The notes beneath the pieces were generated by a model. The model was not told the DNA's origin, searched no databases, and worked only from the letters and a program-made list of their open reading frames with translations. Positions 1 through 8,058 of a DNA stretch of 64,000 bases are shown in pieces. Source of the stretch: Myxococcota bacterium (GTDB taxonomy: Bacteria > Myxococcota > UBA4151); contig JAYZBQ010000004.1 in assembly GCA_036338695.1 (NCBI GenBank), positions 15,713 through 79,712 on the forward strand, given 5' to 3'. Both the position numbers and the translations under genes were made by a program. Positions within the stretch are counted from its first letter, which is position 1, and each line of letters opens with the position of its first letter.

Positions 1-67
1 CCTGGCTAAATGACGTCATGAACGCTAGCTTGAGTGAGGATTCATTCACAGCGGGCAGGGAGACGAC

Positions 68-1051
68 GTGATCGATCGATTTATGGAGCACACAGGCGCG
101 CAGGTGCCGCTGATCTGTGGCGCGATGTATCCCTGCTCGAACCCGGAGCTGATCGCAGCGGTCTCAGGCGCCGGCGGGATCGGCGTCATTCAGCCGATCT
201 CGATGAGCTACGTGCACGGGCACGATCTGCGTGAAGGGATCCGGTTGATCCAGTCGATGACCGACAACCCGGTTGGGTTCAACGCGCTGATCGAAAAGAG
301 CGTGAGCGCCTATGAAGAGCGCATGAAGCGGTGGATCGACATCGCCCTCGAAGAGGGCGTTCGGTTCTTTATCACCGCGCTCGGCAATCCGCGCTGGGTC
401 GTCGACAAAGTCCACGCGGTCGGCGGCGTCGTCTACCACGACGTGACGGAGCGAAAGTGGGCGCTCAAGGCGCTCGACGGCGGCGTGGATGGACTCATCT
501 GCGTGAACGGACGAGCCGGTGGTCATGCGGGGACCCACTCACCGGCGGAGCTGTTCGAGAGCATGGCGGACCTCGGCGTGCCCTTAGTGTGCGCCGGCGG
601 GGTCGGTGATGAGCGTCAGTTTGTGGACGCGCTGCAGCTCGGATACGGCGCGGTCCAGCTCGGGACCCGCTTTATCGCCACCCAAGAGTGTCGGGCGCAT
701 GCCGATTACAAGACGGCGATCGTCGATGCTGCGGCAGAGGACATCGTCCTGACGACCCGGATCTCAGGTGTCCCGGTCTCGGTGATCAAGACCCCGTACA
801 TTGAACGGGTCGGGACCGAGACCGGCTGGGTGGCGCGCAAGCTGCTCAAACACCGCAAAGCCAAGCATTGGATGCGCACCTACTATGCGGTCAAGAGCAT
901 GCTGCAGCTCAAGAAAGCGAGCCTTCGAGGGCTCGACTACAAAGACTACTTCCAGGCGGGCAAGAGCGTCGATGGGATCGAGCGTGTCGAGCCGGCAGGG
1001 GACGTCGTTGAGCGCTTCGCTCAGGCGGCGCGCGCTGGCGCTCTGTACTAG
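68..1051 (+). CDS. Nitronate monooxygenase / FabK-like FMN-dependent oxidoreductase
   Basis: Motifs PLICGAM, AAVSGAGGIG, AGGHAG, PLVCAGG, AVQLGTRF and QAGKSV, typical of the NMO/2-nitropropane dioxygenase TIM-barrel family; SD GGGAG upstream of the GTG start. Confidence 0.85.
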   Translation: MIDRFMEHTGAQVPLICGAMYPCSNPELIAAVSGAGGIGVIQPISMSYVHGHDLREGIRLIQSMTDNPVGFNALIEKSVSAYEERMKRWIDIALEEGVRFFITALGNPRWVVDKVHAVGGVVYHDVTERKWALKALDGGVDGLICVNGRAGGHAGTHSPAELFESMADLGVPLVCAGGVGDERQFVDALQLGYGAVQLGTRFIATQECRAHADYKTAIVDAAAEDIVLTTRISGVPVSVIKTPYIERVGTETGWVARKLLKHRKAKHWMRTYYAVKSMLQLKKASLRGLDYKDYFQAGKSVDGIERVEPAGDVVERFAQAARAGALY

Positions 1052-1761
1052 ATGACCTTGAGGGCGTAGCGGGCGACAGCCCACATGTGAACGGCTAGGT
1101 GGGCGATCACGGTGAGGTGAAAGATTTCGTGGTAGCCAAATCGCTTGGCGTTTCGGCCAGGCCACGCCAGCGCGTAGAACACCGCGCCGATGCTCAGCAC
1201 GATCCCGGTCCCGAGCATGGCGAGGATGGTGTCTGTGCCGACGTGGGTCTCGAGCTCCTTATAGATCAACATCCCGGACCAACTCATCGCGATGTACAAC
1301 ACGACGCTGAGCATGCGCGGCGCCATCACCCAGACGAGCTTGAAGAACCCGCCTAAGACCGTGACCACCCAGAAGATGGCGATCAGTCTCTGTGAGAGCG
1401 GCGAGTTGAGCAACAAGAGGGCGTAGCCCGTGTACACGCCGGCGATCACGACAAAGATCATCGTGTGGTCAACTCGCCGCATCCAGACGCGCACTTCCGG
1501 GTGCCAGTTGATGGTGTGGTAAGCGCCCGAGACGGTGAAGAGCGCCGTGATCGAGCCCAGGCTCATGAAGCCTGCGAGCCAGTTCAGACCCGGCTCGGTG
1601 CGCCACAGCACCGCGACGGTAAAGAGGAGGCTCAGGTAGCCGGCGTAACGGTGGCTCAAGCCACGCCAAGCCGGTTTGGAGCCCGGGTCGCCCATCGCCG
1701 CAGCGAGCGCCGCATTTTGTTCGGCGATGGTCTTGCTGAGATCCGCAGGCTTGGCGTTCAT
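1048..1761 (-). CDS. Hemolysin III / PAQR family membrane protein
   Basis: KPAWRGLSH, SGAYH, RRVDHTMIF..IAGVYT and GYHEIFH motifs with about 7 hydrophobic segments. Start moved from ORF-track 2058 to ATG 1761 to avoid overlap with the + strand gene. Confidence 0.9.
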   Translation of the reverse strand: MNAKPADLSKTIAEQNAALAAAMGDPGSKPAWRGLSHRYAGYLSLLFTVAVLWRTEPGLNWLAGFMSLGSITALFTVSGAYHTINWHPEVRVWMRRVDHTMIFVVIAGVYTGYALLLLNSPLSQRLIAIFWVVTVLGGFFKLVWVMAPRMLSVVLYIAMSWSGMLIYKELETHVGTDTILAMLGTGIVLSIGAVFYALAWPGRNAKRFGYHEIFHLTVIAHLAVHMWAVARYALKVI

Positions 1762-1834
1762 AGTAGACAGAGTACGCTGTCCTGCGCTCAGGTGCCACTT
1801 ATTGGATGGGGCGCTGGTCAAGGGGGGTGAGCGG

Positions 1835-2326
1835 ATGAGACGTGCGATGATCCTTACGGTCGCTGTGGTCGGCTGCGGCGATGTGCCAGGAGGGGAGCCT
1901 TGCGCCGGCGCTGCGTGCGGCCCGGGCGCTCGGGTGGCGTTGACCGCCCAGGCTGGCTTTGGGGTTTTACGATGCCAGGGCGAGGCGACCGACTGCGTCA
2001 TCGACTTTGGGGTCGTCGCGCCCGGTGAGTCGGTGGAGAGCTGGACGGACCTGACCAATACGGGGGACCAAACGCTCCAGCTGCGCGCTTTTGAGCTGAG
2101 CGGACCGGTCTTTGAGGCGCAGCTTCCAGCGGTTGAGCTCGAGCCCGGCGAGGCGCTGAGCTTCCGAGTGCGCGCCCGTCTCGATCAAGCAAGCAGCAGC
2201 GAGGAGCGCTCACTGCGTCTTGAGAGCAACGCCGTGAACGGCGCGAGCGCCGAGGGGTGCGATGACCCTGCATCGCCTTGTCGAGCCGTATCGATCCTCC
2301 TGAAGGTGCGCACAGATTCCTCCTAG
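1835..2326 (+). CDS. Lipoprotein with an ASH/choice-of-anchor-D-type Ig-like domain
   Basis: Lipobox AVVGC; pattern IDFGVV.PGE...LTNTGDQTLQL...LEPGE..SFRV...LESN; SD AGGGGG before ATG 1835. Confidence 0.6.
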   Translation: MRRAMILTVAVVGCGDVPGGEPCAGAACGPGARVALTAQAGFGVLRCQGEATDCVIDFGVVAPGESVESWTDLTNTGDQTLQLRAFELSGPVFEAQLPAVELEPGEALSFRVRARLDQASSSEERSLRLESNAVNGASAEGCDDPASPCRAVSILLKVRTDSS

Positions 2327-2385
2327 CGCGTGTTGAACGATCGACTAGAACGTGTTTCAACGTGCCGAGTTGATCGGGAGGCTGC

Positions 2386-3624
2386 GTGCGTACATCCATT
2401 TTCTTGTCTCTGACCTGCCTCGGGGCGATCGCCTGCGCACCCGCTGACGACGCCTCGCTCGACGCCGGACCGCCAGTTGATGCGGGCAAGCCGCTCAGCG
2501 CCATGCCGGCTATCGCCGACTTAGAGGGCGAGACCTGGCATGCCATCGAGCCGGGCGGGGATACGATCTGCTCGCGCGGTCAACCCTGGGCTTTCTTCTT
2601 CAGACCGGGCGTGGTCAACAAGCTCGTGGTCGAGTTTCAAGGCGGTGGGGCGTGCTGGAACTATCCGACCTGTTCGGTCGCCGACATGATCTTCAAGGAC
2701 AACATCGATGACATCCGCGGCACCGTGCTGGGCGACGCCTGCGCGAGCGACTCCGACTGCGCCGAGGACAGTGAGTGCCTGACGAGTGGTTATTGCCGCC
2801 GTCCGGACCCCGAGCGCGGTATCTACGACCACAGCAACGACGACAACCCGGTCAAAGGCTGGAACCACCTCTTCATCCCCTACTGCACGGGCGACATCCA
2901 CTGGGGTCGTTCGGTCGTCGAGTATGCGTCAGAAGGTGGCGCCGCGCCGTTCATGCTGAACCACCAAGGCGCCGTGAACGCTGAGGTGGCTTTGCGCTGG
3001 GTGCGCGAGAACGTCCCGCAGCCAGAGACCATCTTTATTGGTGGCTGCAGCGCAGGCGCCTATGGCGCGATCGGCTGGGCACCTCACGTGATGCGCGACT
3101 TCCCGGAGTCCAAGGTGGTGCAGCTTGGCGACTGCGGCGCCGGCATCATCACCGACAGCTTCTTGCGCGACTCGTTCCCGGTATGGTCGGCGCTTGAGAC
3201 GTTGCCAGCCTGGATCGATGCGCTCGATCCGAACACCATCGACATCAACACCATGGAGCTCAAGGACCTCTACGCCGAGGTGGGCAAGTTCTACGGTGAC
3301 CAGACGATCAGTCAGTACAACACGGTCTTCGACAACAACCAGGTGTTCTACTACGACACCATGGGCGGCTCGGGCGGCGCCGAGCAATGGTCGGCGAAGA
3401 TGCGCGACCAGATCTACCGTATCGGTCAGGAAGCGGACAACTTCCGCTCGTACATCGCCCCGGGCGATCAGCACTGCATCATTCACCGCAACGAGCTCTA
3501 CTCGGTCGACACCAACGGGGACGGTTCAGGGGTTAAGCTCGTGGATTGGATCCGCGAGATGGTGGACTCCGATGCGCCCGACAGCGTAGCCTGCTCGGGG
3601 TGTGAGCCTGAGCCGCTGCCCTGA
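2386..3624 (+). CDS. Pectinacetylesterase/Notum-family hydrolase lipoprotein
   Basis: Lipobox AIAC; FQGGGACW, FIPYCTGDIHWG, nucleophile motif GCSAGAYG, C-terminal HC motif. Confidence 0.85.
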   Translation: MRTSIFLSLTCLGAIACAPADDASLDAGPPVDAGKPLSAMPAIADLEGETWHAIEPGGDTICSRGQPWAFFFRPGVVNKLVVEFQGGGACWNYPTCSVADMIFKDNIDDIRGTVLGDACASDSDCAEDSECLTSGYCRRPDPERGIYDHSNDDNPVKGWNHLFIPYCTGDIHWGRSVVEYASEGGAAPFMLNHQGAVNAEVALRWVRENVPQPETIFIGGCSAGAYGAIGWAPHVMRDFPESKVVQLGDCGAGIITDSFLRDSFPVWSALETLPAWIDALDPNTIDINTMELKDLYAEVGKFYGDQTISQYNTVFDNNQVFYYDTMGGSGGAEQWSAKMRDQIYRIGQEADNFRSYIAPGDQHCIIHRNELYSVDTNGDGSGVKLVDWIREMVDSDAPDSVACSGCEPEPLP

Positions 3625-3632
3625 GCGTATGA

Positions 3633-4664
3633 GTGTTTGAGGTCAGTTACACCGCAGCCCGCGCCGCCTTCCGTCAAGAGGCGCTGGCGATCGGTGCAGA
3701 GCTGACCTCGATTCCGCTGGATGCGCAAGGCGAGCGCGCGGCCGATGGCTCGGCGCTGACCATCGACGTGGCAGCTTGGGGACGCGGCGACCGGACCATC
3801 GTGTTGAGCTCCGGGCTCCATGGCGTCGAGGGCTACGTCGGCTCGGCGACGCAGCGGCTCATGATGGTGACCCCTGAGCAAGCGGACTGTCGCTACGTCA
3901 TGATTCACGCTCTAAACCCATGGGGCATGGAACATTTTCGCCGGGTCAATGAGCGCAACGTCGACCTCAACCGCAATTTTTTGCCAAGCGACGAGGCGTA
4001 CAGCGGAAGCCCAGAGCAGTATGCGCGGCTCAACCCCTTGCTCAATCCGGCGCGCTCGTTCACCGCGCTCGAGTTCGCGCTGCGCAGCGGCTGGCAGATC
4101 CTTCGGTACGGGTTTGAACCGCTCAAGCAGGCGATCGCAGGGGGGCAGTACGACTTCCCGCAGGGCTTGTTTTGGGGCGGCGCAGAGCTTGAAGAGGGGC
4201 CTCATAAGCTGATGGAGCGCGTGCTCGAGCTGGTCGGAGCAGAGGGTGACATCGTGTGGGTGGATCTGCACTCAGGGCTCGGCGCCTTTGGTGAGCTAAC
4301 GTATTTGCTCGAGGCGAGCTCGGGGTCGCGGCTGACCCAGCGCCTCAACGAGAAGCTCGGGGGGCGCGTCCAAGCCTGGGATGAAGAGGGCGGGGTCGCT
4401 TACGCGATCCGTGGCGGCTTCCCGGCGGCGCTGGATCGGGTGTTCGGTGATCGTCTGACGATGTTGACTTGCGAGTTTGGGACCTGCTCGGCGGTCACGG
4501 TGTTGCGGATGATGGTGCTCGAGAATCAGATCGTGCAGCATGGCGGTGATCGATCGTTGGCGCAGCAGGCGATGCGCCGCGCGTTCTATCCGAGCGAGCG
4601 AGCGTGGCAGGACAAAGCGCTCGCAAGCGCCGCTGAGCTGGTCGGTCTTGTCGGGTCGCTCTAG
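3633..4664 (+). CDS. M14-like zinc carboxypeptidase (DUF2817 family)
   Basis: SSGLHGVEG (HxxE), RRVNERNVDLNRNF, VDLHSGLG and EFGT motifs; start codon GTG uncertain. Confidence 0.85.
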   Translation: MFEVSYTAARAAFRQEALAIGAELTSIPLDAQGERAADGSALTIDVAAWGRGDRTIVLSSGLHGVEGYVGSATQRLMMVTPEQADCRYVMIHALNPWGMEHFRRVNERNVDLNRNFLPSDEAYSGSPEQYARLNPLLNPARSFTALEFALRSGWQILRYGFEPLKQAIAGGQYDFPQGLFWGGAELEEGPHKLMERVLELVGAEGDIVWVDLHSGLGAFGELTYLLEASSGSRLTQRLNEKLGGRVQAWDEEGGVAYAIRGGFPAALDRVFGDRLTMLTCEFGTCSAVTVLRMMVLENQIVQHGGDRSLAQQAMRRAFYPSERAWQDKALASAAELVGLVGSL

Positions 4665-4726
4665 CTCCTTTGCGAACTTGTGACTCGAGGCGTCATTCGC
4701 TAAAATAGAGCGCGCTGGAGCCTCTT

Positions 4727-7700
4727 ATGTTGCGATGTGTACCGTTGGTTTGCCTGCTTTTGGGGTGCTCACTGCGCGAGGCGCCGGCACCAGCAACCCC
4801 TGTCTGCGGTAATGCGCTCGTTGAGCGCGGCGAGCGCTGTGATGACGGCAACACCAGCGACGACGACGGCTGCTCGAGCCGTTGCGCGCTGACCTATTGC
4901 GGCGACGGCCTCGTTCAGCCTTGGGAAGGTTGCGACGACGGGAACGCGGTGGATACGGACGGCTGCTCGAACGTCTGCCGTTCGGCTCAATGCGGTGACG
5001 GCATCGTCCAGAGCGACGAGGAGTGCGACCTCGGCGACGCCAACGGCGCCACCGCAGCCTGCTCGCCGCTCTGCCGCAACGCGGTCTGCGGGGACGGCTT
5101 TGTTCAAGAGGGTGAAGCCTGTGACGACGGAAACGCCGTCAACAACGACGCCTGCACGAACGCCTGCGCGCTGCCTCGCTGCGGTGATGGGATCGTCCAG
5201 CCATGGGAAGCCTGCGATCCCGGTGAAGGCGCTGAGGATGCTGGCGCCGGGCAGTGCGTCAATTGTCGCGCAGCGCAGTGCGGCGATGGGGTCGTTCAAG
5301 GTGATGAAGAGTGTGATGACGGGAACGCAGCGAGCGACGACGAGTGCACCGTTTTGTGCCGTCGCCCGGTCTGCGGTGACGGCTTCGTACAAGGCACTGA
5401 AGAGTGCGACGACGGCAACACCAACAATATGGACACCTGCACGAACGGCTGCACGGTCGCGGTCTGTGGTGACGGACACCGCTCGCCTTGGGAAGGCTGT
5501 GATGATGGCAACCGTGAGGGGGGCGACGGCTGCGACGCCAACTGCCGCAGCGAAGCGTGCGGTAACGGGCAGATCGACGGCGACGAAGCCTGCGATGACG
5601 GCAATGAGGTCGACACCGACGCCTGCACCAGCGCCTGCCAGATCGCTCGCTGCGGCGATAACTTTGTCTGGGAAGGGCGCGAGGAGTGTGACGACGGTAA
5701 CGAGTCTGCGACGGACGCCTGCCTCAATACGTGCGTGATCGCGCGCTGTGGCGACGGCGTCCCGCGTGAGGACATCGCCGAAGGGCAGCCGGGTCATGAG
5801 GCCTGCGACGACGGCAATGGCTTTAACGGTGACGCCTGCACAGATCGGTGCGAGCGCGCGCGTTGCGGCGACGGTCACGTCGGTCCGGGCGAGTCATGCG
5901 ATGACGGGGACAACGACGACGCCGACGCCTGCCGTAACGACTGCTCGGACGCCCGATGCGGTGATGGTCAGCGCCGCAACGACCTCGAGGCGGGTCAAGA
6001 GGGGTTCGAGGCGTGCGATGACGGCAATGAGGACGACGGCGACGCCTGCGTCGGTGCATGCCAGGTGGCGCGCTGCGGAGACAGTTTCGTTCAGCGTGGT
6101 GTCGAGGATTGCGATGACGGTAACCAGGTCCAGTCGGACGGCTGCCTCAACGACTGCACGGCGTCGCGTTGCGGCGACCAGATCGTCGGTCCCGGTGACG
6201 CGTGTGATGATGGTAACGAGCGCAACGACGACGGCTGTACCAACCGCTGCGCGTTGCCCGGTTGTGGAGACGGCTTCGTTCAAGACGGAGAAGAGTGTGA
6301 CGACGGCAACGAGGTGAACACCGACGGCTGCCTGAACAGCTGCTTGAGCGCTGCCTGCGGTGATGGCGTGTTGCGCGGCGATTTGCAGGAGGGTGAGGGC
6401 GGCTTTGAAGCGTGCGATGACGGCAACCAAGTCGACACCGACGCCTGCACCAGCGGTTGTCTGGCGGCGCGCTGCGGTGACGGTTACGTGCGCGTCGGCG
6501 TGGAGGATTGTGATGACCGGAACCCCGCTGACGACGACGCCTGCACCAACGCGTGCCGCTTTGCGACCTGCGGTGACGGCGTGCGGCGTACGGACCTACC
6601 CGAGGACAACGAGGACTATGAAGCCTGCGACGATGGCAACCGCGATGAGCGCGACGCCTGCCGCTCCAACTGCATCGCCGCCGCTTGCGGTGACGGCATC
6701 CTGCGCAACGACCTGCAGGAGGGCGTGGATGGCTATGAAGCCTGTGATGACGGCAACATCATCCCCACGGACGGCTGCACGCACTTATGCTTGGTCGCAC
6801 GCTGCGGCGATGGGGTGATCCGTCAAGGGATCGAAGCCTGCGATGACGGCAACGAGGTCAACACTGACGGCTGCTTGAACACCTGCAGCGTTGCTCGCTG
6901 CGGTGACGGGGTGCTGCGAAACGACCTCGAGCTTGGTCAGCAGGGTCACGAAGCCTGCGATGATGGGAACCTCAACCAGCGAGACGCCTGCCTGAACCAT
7001 TGTCAGGTGGCGATCTGCGGTGATGGCTACGTCCGGGGGGACGTCCCAGAGAATCACGAAGCGTACGAGGAGTGTGATGAGAACGACAACTGCGTGGACT
7101 GCCGCCGCCCAGAGCCGAATGGAGGCGGTCAGGAGGATGCAGGGGTCATGGGGCTCGACAGCGGCATCAACGGGCGACCGGATGGGTTCTCTGAAGGGCC
7201 GCCCGAGGGGGGTCTCCCCGACCTCGGCTTCCCGGACCTGCCCGAGGCGGGCAATGACGCCGGACCGAGACCGGACATTGACAACCTGATCCGAGACGCA
7301 GGTCCGCGGCCTGACCAGGGCCTGATCTTTGAGGCGGGCAATACGGACGTCTTTATCTTGATCGGCGATGCGCGCCCGCCGGGCTGGGATGGTCCTGTCG
7401 GAGTCATCGACAGCGGTCCTCAGGACGTGCAGGGGAATCAGAGCCCGGATATTCCCGGTATACCCGACGCGAACATGCCTGAGGTTAACCAGAATTTTGA
7501 CATCGGGATGCAGCAGACCACGATCTGTGATCTGTGGAACTCGGGCATATTTCAGATCTGCACCAACTGTCACGGGAACTCAGGCGGTGTTCGAGTGGAT
7601 CACACCTCGCCGCGTACGCTGCATGATAGCTTCGTTAACGTCGCTGGTAACTCAAACCTCGACCTCGTCTCGCCGCGTAACCCGCAAGGCTCTTATCTGT

Positions 7701-7846
7701 ACGCCAAAATGCTGGGTGCGCAGAACTTCTATCCCGGTGGCGGGGGCGGGCGCATGCCTCAAGGTGGACCGTATTACAGCCAAGAAGACCTTGCGCCTCT
7801 GCTGCGCTGGATTAACAGCGATAACCTCGCAGCGTGTCTGCCCTAG
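4727..7846 (+). CDS. Myxobacterial Cys-rich repeat (DUF4215-like) lipoprotein with a C-terminal CxxCH cytochrome c-like domain
   Basis: Lipobox LLGC; 23 CG(D/N)x..CD(D)GN..C...C repeats; Pro/Gly/Asp linker; CTNCH at 7559-7573 and a distal RMP motif. Confidence 0.85.
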   Translation: MLRCVPLVCLLLGCSLREAPAPATPVCGNALVERGERCDDGNTSDDDGCSSRCALTYCGDGLVQPWEGCDDGNAVDTDGCSNVCRSAQCGDGIVQSDEECDLGDANGATAACSPLCRNAVCGDGFVQEGEACDDGNAVNNDACTNACALPRCGDGIVQPWEACDPGEGAEDAGAGQCVNCRAAQCGDGVVQGDEECDDGNAASDDECTVLCRRPVCGDGFVQGTEECDDGNTNNMDTCTNGCTVAVCGDGHRSPWEGCDDGNREGGDGCDANCRSEACGNGQIDGDEACDDGNEVDTDACTSACQIARCGDNFVWEGREECDDGNESATDACLNTCVIARCGDGVPREDIAEGQPGHEACDDGNGFNGDACTDRCERARCGDGHVGPGESCDDGDNDDADACRNDCSDARCGDGQRRNDLEAGQEGFEACDDGNEDDGDACVGACQVARCGDSFVQRGVEDCDDGNQVQSDGCLNDCTASRCGDQIVGPGDACDDGNERNDDGCTNRCALPGCGDGFVQDGEECDDGNEVNTDGCLNSCLSAACGDGVLRGDLQEGEGGFEACDDGNQVDTDACTSGCLAARCGDGYVRVGVEDCDDRNPADDDACTNACRFATCGDGVRRTDLPEDNEDYEACDDGNRDERDACRSNCIAAACGDGILRNDLQEGVDGYEACDDGNIIPTDGCTHLCLVARCGDGVIRQGIEACDDGNEVNTDGCLNTCSVARCGDGVLRNDLELGQQGHEACDDGNLNQRDACLNHCQVAICGDGYVRGDVPENHEAYEECDENDNCVDCRRPEPNGGGQEDAGVMGLDSGINGRPDGFSEGPPEGGLPDLGFPDLPEAGNDAGPRPDIDNLIRDAGPRPDQGLIFEAGNTDVFILIGDARPPGWDGPVGVIDSGPQDVQGNQSPDIPGIPDANMPEVNQNFDIGMQQTTICDLWNSGIFQICTNCHGNSGGVRVDHTSPRTLHDSFVNVAGNSNLDLVSPRNPQGSYLYAKMLGAQNFYPGGGGGRMPQGGPYYSQEDLAPLLRWINSDNLAACLP
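4805..7107 (+). repeat. Coding tandem repeat array, 23 Cys-rich units of about 31-39 aa
   Basis: Counted in the translation; recurring DNA words tgcggtgacggc and tgcgacgacggcaac. Confidence 0.9.
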
Positions 7847-7998
7847 GCGTCTGAGGCGTCAACCTCGAAGCCGAGCTCGGCGCAGGTGCTCATGAGGCGC
7901 CCCAACCACGCCGTACCTTACCCGAAACCGCACGGTGATCGTCAGATGGTATGGGTTGACCCCTCGGTCAGGTTGATGGAGAGGCTCCCGTGCCCCTC

Positions 7999-8036
7999 AA
8001 AAACGAACAGAGCGCCCGAGGACGGACGCCCTGCTC
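7999..8036 (-). terminator. Rho-independent terminator of the alpha-2-macroglobulin gene
   Basis: Minus strand reads GAGCAGGGCGUCCG-uccu-CGGGCGCUCUGUUC (14-bp stem, complete only on this strand because of G-U pairs) followed by GUUUUU, about 22 nt after the stop at 8059. Confidence 0.8.
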
Positions 8037-8058
8037 GATGACCGCTGCGTGTGAGCGC

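Noticed and set aside
5255..5270. Additional CxxC motifs (CVNC, CVDC) as heme sites
   Set aside because: Not followed by His; they belong to the disulfide repeats.
4805..7107. Regularly spaced DNA repeats resembling a CRISPR array
   Set aside because: They are degenerate, in-frame, vary at synonymous positions and encode Cys-rich protein repeats; no cas genes are present.
4727..7846. TraA-like kin-recognition receptor
   Set aside because: No PA14-like N-terminal domain, no MYXO-CTERM tail and no adjacent traB; it has a lipobox and a CxxCH tip instead.
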